DNA from: Marsupella aquatica
Lineage: Eukaryota; Plantae; Marchantiophyta
Length of the DNA: 64,000 nucleotides
Assembly: GCA_973895155.1 (NCBI GenBank)
Contig: OZ316891.1
Location: 28,773,145-28,837,144 of the forward strand
Reading direction: 5' to 3'
In this document: piece after piece, positions 57,744 through 64,000 of the stretch
How the letters are laid out: every line of letters starts with the position of its first letter
Numbering within the stretch: position 1 is the stretch's first letter
Program-made: the position numbers and the translations under genes
Notes under the pieces: generated by a model
Databases searched by the model: none
What the model was told of the DNA's origin: nothing
The model's input: the letters and a program-made list of their open reading frames with translations, nothing else

Positions 57744-59315
57744 ATGGCGTCGCACAGGATGTCACTGACGAGGGCGGTTCGTTTCTTCTCGGTTGCTGGT
57801 AGGAGCGGCGTGTCGTCGTCATCATCAGGTTTGGCCTGCACCCCCCCGACCACGGTGCGAATCGCTCGCACTAACTTTTTCGGATGCACCCAAAGGTTGC
57901 AATGTGTTACCTTGCCTCCAAATAGGATATGGAATTCCAGCCGATTGCTAGGTGCCCAGGCAAGAATCAAGCGCAGGAAGGACCCCGCATTTGACAACGT
58001 CGTCCAGAGAGAGAAGAAGGTGAGGATTGTGAATAAGATCAAGGACATACTTGTCAAGCAGCCCAGCAGGTCGATGACGCTATTGCAGCTGGGAAAGTAC
58101 CGGAAGAATTTTGGATTGACAGGAAAGAGGCGAGTGATCGCTCTCCTAAACAGGTATCAGGCCGTGTTCGAGGTCTATGAGGAGGGCTGCAATGTATTGC
58201 ATGTGCGCTTCACTGAGGAGGCTGAAGCTCAGTACGAAGAGGAGCTGAGGCTAAAAGCCAAGTTGGAGGTATTCCACGTAGAAAAGCTACGGAAATTGTT
58301 GATGATGTCCGTGGATAAGAGGCTTACAGTAGACAAAATTGCCCACATAAAAAATGATTTGGGGTTACCTGAGGACTTCAGAACTACTCTCCTAACTAAA
58401 TACCCCCAGTATTATAAGCTTGTTGAAACAGAGACTGGGCCTGCGTTAGAGCTTACGTTTTGGGACCCGCTGTTGGCGGTTTCTGTTGCACAGAAAGCAG
58501 CAGCAGCAGAGGCTAGCAAAGTGGATGACAGAACTAGAATTATCATAGATGGAGAAGAAATTTTACCCACACAAGTTAGCAATCGAAGGCTGAATCTGCC
58601 GAAAGGCTTGAACCTTTCAAAGAAGGACAGAGTAGTTGCGTTGAAGTTCCAGCAGATTCCCTACGTGTCACCGTATTCTGATACAACAGGTTTGGATCCC
58701 GCTTCCGTGCAAGCAGAGAAGAGAGCATGTGCCGCTGTGCATGAGCTCTTGAGCATGACTTTGGAGAAGAAGACCCTGGTGGACCATCTCACCCACTTCA
58801 AAAAGGACTTCAAGTTTTCACAGAGAATCAGGGCTATGCTCATCCGCCATCCTGAAATGTTTTACGTCTCATTCAAGGGTCACAGGGATTCTGTCTTCCT
58901 TCGTGAAGCTTACCAAGGCTCAGAACTCGTAGAGAAAGATCCTCTGGTTTTAGCGAGGGAGCACCTTCGCGAGCTTGTGCATGCTCGCAACCAAGCCATG
59001 AAATCAGAAAATGCAGGCGAGGGAGGCGATGAGGATGAGGACGATGATGATGATGAAGACGGTGATGAAGATAGCGAGTTTAGTGACCAATTTGATGAGG
59101 ATGAGGAAGGTGAGAGTGATGATGAATGGTCGGATGAGGAAGAAGGAGAACGTGATGAAGTTTCAAGGAAGGAGGCAGAGATCCTTGTCAGGTCTTATGC
59201 TCCATCTCCACGAAAAGCAGTGAAGACCTATAAAGACTTACGCCCTAGACCGGCGGATAGCAGCGTTCAAAGACCTGAAGTTGCAACAATTGATAGACCA
59301 AGGGAGAGATGGTAG
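57744..59315 (+). CDS. WTF1: PORR-domain plastid group II intron splicing factor WTF1 orthologue, intronless, 523 aa
   Basis: Ser/Arg-rich transit-peptide-like N-terminus; KRRKDPAFDNVVQREKK; KLRKLLMMSVDKRL; GPALELTFWDP; EKKTLVDHLTHF; MLIRHPEMFYVS.KG.RDSVFLREAY; acidic tail ending PRERW as in angiosperm WTF1. Confidence 0.92.
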   Translation: MASHRMSLTRAVRFFSVAGRSGVSSSSSGLACTPPTTVRIARTNFFGCTQRLQCVTLPPNRIWNSSRLLGAQARIKRRKDPAFDNVVQREKKVRIVNKIKDILVKQPSRSMTLLQLGKYRKNFGLTGKRRVIALLNRYQAVFEVYEEGCNVLHVRFTEEAEAQYEEELRLKAKLEVFHVEKLRKLLMMSVDKRLTVDKIAHIKNDLGLPEDFRTTLLTKYPQYYKLVETETGPALELTFWDPLLAVSVAQKAAAAEASKVDDRTRIIIDGEEILPTQVSNRRLNLPKGLNLSKKDRVVALKFQQIPYVSPYSDTTGLDPASVQAEKRACAAVHELLSMTLEKKTLVDHLTHFKKDFKFSQRIRAMLIRHPEMFYVSFKGHRDSVFLREAYQGSELVEKDPLVLAREHLRELVHARNQAMKSENAGEGGDEDEDDDDDEDGDEDSEFSDQFDEDEEGESDDEWSDEEEGERDEVSRKEAEILVRSYAPSPRKAVKTYKDLRPRPADSSVQRPEVATIDRPRERW

Positions 59316-60215
59316 ATGTATTCTTTCCCCATAGAAGTAGTCTGCAGTTTTACTTCTGTGCTCCTTTTCAGCTTTTACAGGTTTTTCGTTAATCATAGTG
59401 TAAGCCAGATCTGAGCCAGATGTGAAATAAAGTGGTTCACTCCGAACTGGTCAATGGGACAGGGCTTTCACCTTCTCCCCTAGACAAAATGCAAAACAGT
59501 CAATTCAATCAAGAAACTCTCGACTTATCAGTTTAATTCCAAACGAAGTACGAAGGTGCTGCATAGGTAATGTAAATTCCTCCAATGATTATATATTTCG
59601 TAGACAATGCTGGCTCTGGATGCGTTCTAAGGCATGCAATTTGATGAAAGGTTGAGATGGCCATTCGGTATTTGCATTGCTGAATGTTGCTGCGAACATC
59701 CATGTTGCGTTAGACGTTCCTACATTGTGCAAGAGTGACCTTTCTCCTGCTGTCCGTGACATACCAGAGTCCAAAATAGTAAGCAGTGCCTAAAAAACAT
59801 TTATGTCTGTAATCAACAGTGCATTTGGATGATAGTGGACGGCCGAATACTACATCTCCATCTCTCTCCTATAATACAAATGTCTTCTACATAATGAACC
59901 CCAACATCTTAATCGTGGAAGCCTGAAGGAAAGTGATCTAGCAAAATTGTAAGTTGTCTGTCTGATCTTATGACTGGACACATCCTCGCTGGGTATCAAA
60001 CAGCAACCATCAATTCCTCTCTTTACCATGGTGTCCAAAATAACATTCAAAGCTTGGCATATGTTCACAATCTGCAAATGTAAATCACGTTACAGAACCT
60101 TCTTCTTGTAATCCACTGTTGCAGATTGTCCTCCATAAGAAAACGTTTGACAAGAGACATGTCTTTCAGGCCACTATTGAGTTCTTGATAGATTTCTCAC
60201 TCTTATTAGTTTTTA

Positions 60216-60610
60216 CTAGCCCAATGTCCGTGTGTTGCACAATTGTCTTTCAAACCATGGAGTCCTTGCTATCACAATTGTCTTTCAACCCATGGAGTCT
60301 TTGCTGTCATGTTGTCCGTTACTATGTCCATGTGTTGCAAGGAAATGTTGTGGAGTCAGGGTAGTTATTGAGACATCTTATGTGTCATCAATCTAATGGC
60401 ACTCTTTGAAACAAGTAACTTACTATGTCCATGTGGAGGCAAGGAAGTTATTGAGACATCTTATGTGTCATCAATCTAATGGCACTCTTTGAAACAAGTA
60501 AATTACTATGTCCATATGTTGCAAGGAAATGTTGTGGAGGCAAGGAAGTTATTGAGACATCTTATGTGTCATGGATCTAATGGCAATACTTGAAACAAGT
60601 AAAGCATTGA
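60216..60610 (-). mobile_element. Helitron 3' end with ~85-nt subterminal tandem repeat (3 copies)
   Basis: A|CTAGCCCAATGTCCGTGTGTTGCACA at 60216 matches the 49245 end. GTTATTGAGACATCTTATGTGTCAT..CTAATGGC..TGAAACAAGTAA at ~60364, 60447, 60548. Confidence 0.7.
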
Positions 60611-61122
60611 GGCACAGAATTGTTGTTGAGACAAAGAAGTCATTGAGAAAAGGAAGTGTTGTTGACAGTGTTACTGATGTCAGGGTTGATGCAAAACCTA
60701 GTCAATAGCATCTACATCAGGTCAGGCCACAGCAACAGTAAAAGACTGTTTATTAAGAGGGCAAGGGAGGAAGGGAAGGATGTGAGAGTGAGAGTTGCAA
60801 TGAGACTGTCCATCACGAGGGTGAGTGAAGGAGGGGTGAGACTGGCAAGGGACAAAACCAATTTCTTCCCTTTACCCCCTTTCCCTTCCTCTGCCTGCCC
60901 CGCCTTGCCCTGACTGGGGCAATAGTCTGCAGGCAAGGCACAGAGTAGGAGGGCAGGCATGAGGCAAAGAGTAGGGGGGTGGGCAGGAGGCACATGGCCA
61001 GGCCATAGATGGGTCTGTGGACGATCCAACAGTGATGAGAAACCATCCGACGTCCAAGATTTCTTCCCACCATAAACTCTGTTTGTAAACAGTCCATGGA
61101 GAAGTTTAAGAAGGATTGCATA

Positions 61123-61340
61123 TCTAACTAATAAAGCATATATCAAAGTGCCGAAAAGCACAAACGCCCAAACCGGGAGACAGGGTCCCAAAGGCAAAGC
61201 AACCCAATAAAGTGCAATTGAAAGCTACTCCTTGGGTCTACTGTTTAGAGTGAAGTCTCAAGACCATGATTCTTGTTTAGAGTGAAGCCTCAAGACCATG
61301 ATTCTTGTTTAGAGTGAAACCTCAAGACCATGATTCTAAT
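61123..61340 (+). mobile_element. Helitron 5' end carrying a 69-nt retroposon fragment
   Basis: A|TCTAACTAATAAAG then AAAGCTA..GGGTCTA..TAGAGTGAAG (3 tandem copies). The insert at 61137-61205 is flanked by an AATAAAG duplication. Confidence 0.6.
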
Positions 61341-61981
61341 TGAGGGCATCAGTGAAAGTGACTGTGCAGACCAAAAATAGGGTTGGGTGTAAAGATGAAC
61401 ACAAAATAACATGAAATGCTTTTCTATGCGAGGTTTTTTTTCTCCTGATCTCCGTTTGCATTTATGGAACGGGTAATCATTCTAGTTCATATTGTTAATA
61501 CTCTTGAGTTCCTGAAGAGATTTAGGGTATAGGATCCTTGCAGTCATTTTTGTTAGTATGATTTTTATTAATGGGGTTGCATTATTTAGCCCCTTATGTA
61601 AGTCCATTTCAAAATTCTTGGTCTATGCTTACACCCCCCAACACAAATGACAATGTTTGCAATGACAAACAAACACAATTGTTTGTGCTTGTTGTGACTC
61701 TAACAAAAGATTTTAGACCTGGGAATGATAAAAACCTCAGAAAACTGAAATATAACATGTCCAGTAGCAAAGAGTGGGAGAAAATAACAGCTTGTGACCA
61801 TTTTATTTACATTTGAATTCTAGTAATCATTTCTTTATCTTTTAATTCATTTACTTGAAAAACAATAAGAAATGCCTGTAGGCTTCCCGACAGCCTTTAG
61901 ATGTGATTTATTAATGCATTTGATCAATCATTGGCTAACAAAGAGAATGGTCAACTATGGGTGCACAATGGCCACAATAAA

Positions 61982-62443
61982 TGTTGCATGTCATCAAAAT
62001 TCTCAGATCAATGAACAAGATCAAATGTACTGTTCAACATAGATGACATTCACAACGGTAAGCCCATGATACATCCAATGCACAAATGGTCGACACAAGA
62101 GATATGTGGTTCACTTCCTTGAGGCTACGTCCACGGTAACACACGAGAGAGCTTTATTGAACTCTAAGCCTGTCGGCCACACCGAGTCTCCACAATGTAA
62201 GCTCTCCGTATCATTCAAGTGGCTCCATAACAATGAGCCTTAGTTTCACTTATCCAAGCAAGTACCGCTTAGGATATAGTGTGAACTTAGTTAACCTAAC
62301 CAAGTCTCTGACTATGGTTAACCTAACTATGGTTACATGTCTTTTAGGGGCTCATCCATCTGGATTCAACTTACCACACAAAGACCAAGTTTTGAGATCT
62401 CAGTTTCTCACCACCATTAAAGTTTCAATAAATACACCTGACT
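61982..62443 (-). mobile_element. Probable degenerate Ty1/Copia solo LTR
   Basis: TGTTG boundary at 61982. GACACAAGAGATATGTGGTTCAC..GGCTACGTCCAC (62092-62133) resembles a motif common in plant Copia LTRs. AAATACACCTGAC at the other end. No TSD confirmed. Confidence 0.45.
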
Positions 62444-62459
62444 TAAAAAATATTAAAAA

Positions 62460-63810
62460 AATATGGAGTATTATTGACACCTCACGTACAACACGAAGTT
62501 CAACCCCTATCAACTTCATTTCAGTCAATAAATCTGTTTAAAAAGGATAAAAAATTGGAGAATAAACCACACCTTCTATATAAACGATAAGTTCAACCAA
62601 TGTTAACTTCATTTCACTCAATTCAAAAAGAAAAATTTGTATCTAGCGTAAACCACACTTCACATACAACAGAAAAGTTTGACCACTGTTAATTATATTC
62701 CAACCAATAAATCTGGTTAACAAAGGTCAAATAACTATAAATCTGTATAAAAAAGAAAGCATATAGAGTACAAACCACACCACACATACAACAGATAAGT
62801 TAGACCAGAGTTCAATTTATTTTAGTCAAGAAATCTATTAAAAAAGGTAAAAAAAATAACTATTGAGCATAAACCATACCTCGGATGAAAACTAAAGCTG
62901 GTATGGACCTTTACTTTGTCTATGAAGCCCAAATGGGCTGGCAAAGCTTAAATGGACTTGCTCAGAACATTTAAAACTCACTCGAATTAAAGTATATACA
63001 ATTTTGATTGAATTGTGACCTCTAAAAGCTCTCTTTAGTGTTGGTAGCCAGTTTCAATTACATTAAAGGAACTATTATACTTGCTAACTTGGCAACTTAA
63101 CCACCTTGAACCTATGCCATTACTCAGGATCAACATGATGTCTTGATTATTTCCTCCCCAAGGTAGTCAAAGTAGCTAACTGTGATCCTTGACTGGTTCC
63201 TTTTTTGCTTTGGTGTAAAAACAACAATTGCTTTACTCAGTCCATGGGGATGGTGCAAAGACAATGTCTCAGTCTATCTAGGTTTCAGTTGACCGAGTTG
63301 ACTTTATTTCAGTCAATAAATCTACAACTATAATAAGAGATCTTGCGGTTTTTTTTCCTTCGTCCCAATACACAACAGCTCCTGGGCGGGAAAGATCCAC
63401 AGACGGTTCACTTGACTGTTTTCCTTGACCATTGATGGAGGAAATTGACACCCTTGGCGCATATGTGCCTCCCCACGCTGCCCCAGAAATGCCCCAGCCC
63501 GACTCCCTATGGGCCAACCCTCCTTGCCCTGCGCAATGCACGGGCATAGGGCTTGTTTATGTATAACTCTAATGTCTCAGTCTATCTGGGCTGGGCTTTT
63601 GTTTCAGTTGACCAGAGTTAACTTGGGGCCCTCTCCCCTGTTTTCCTTCATGTTTTTGGGTTGCTTTGCCTTTGGGATCATGTTTCCCTCCTTTTTTTGC
63701 CCTTGGGCAGTGTAATATATATATATATAATTTTATTTCAGTCAATAAAAATCTTTTGGAAAAAAAGGTAAAAAAACTATAGAGTATAAAACACATCTCA
63801 CATACAAAAC
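62460..63810 (+). repeat. ~95-nt AT-rich degenerate satellite interrupted by insertions
   Basis: AAACCACAC..CATACAAC.GATAAGTT.ACCA..GTTAACTT.ATTTCAGTCAATAAATCT repeated ~4-5 times at 62460-62885, with partial copies at 63285-63320 and 63600-63810. Confidence 0.8.
63321..63555 (+). mobile_element. Miniature (235-nt) non-autonomous Helitron
   Basis: A|TCTACAACTATAATAAGAG 5' end. Hairpin GCCCTGCGCAATGCACGGGC (63526-63545) followed by CTTG|T (CTAG variant). Confidence 0.6.
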
Positions 63811-64000
63811 ACTCTATGCACAGCTGACAGTACTAGTGCTGTACTGTAGTTGTTCTCAGAAAGCACTGTAGACCGAAATCCTATCGAGGAAATCAGTCTA
63901 TGGGGAACAATCAGAATGTGTTGATCGAATGCCCTGATCGATCATGTAGTTTTCTCTGTACAGTTCTGGAGAATCTATTGACTGTTGTGCAAGCGCGGTA

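Overview
Nuclear genomic DNA of a land plant. A bryophyte or other early-diverging lineage is my inference from sequence style and is not proven. I reconstructed five protein-coding genes by hand from splice sites and reading frames: (1) an 18-exon, ~2,720-aa CHD3/PICKLE-type SNF2 chromatin remodeller with an unusual N-terminus (Tudor/Agenet-like domain, WHIM3-like motif, AT-hook, five 67-aa repeats); (2) a 14-exon CIPK8/CIPK24(SOS2)-clade kinase; (3) intronless PDX1; (4) a minus-strand CIR_N/CCHC zinc-knuckle gene with two GC-AG introns and probable 3'UTR exons; (5) intronless WTF1 (PORR domain). Intergenic space is dominated by Helitrons: one decayed Rep/PIF1 element with both termini and several non-autonomous or nested copies. 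It also holds a tRNA-derived SINE with a TSD, (AT)n-tailed retroposon fragments, a probable Copia solo LTR and many minisatellites. No prokaryotic-type system (CRISPR, operon) is present. The best novelty candidates are the CHD domain architecture, the splicing-sensitive layout of the CIR1-like gene, and the Helitron stack between two divergent genes.
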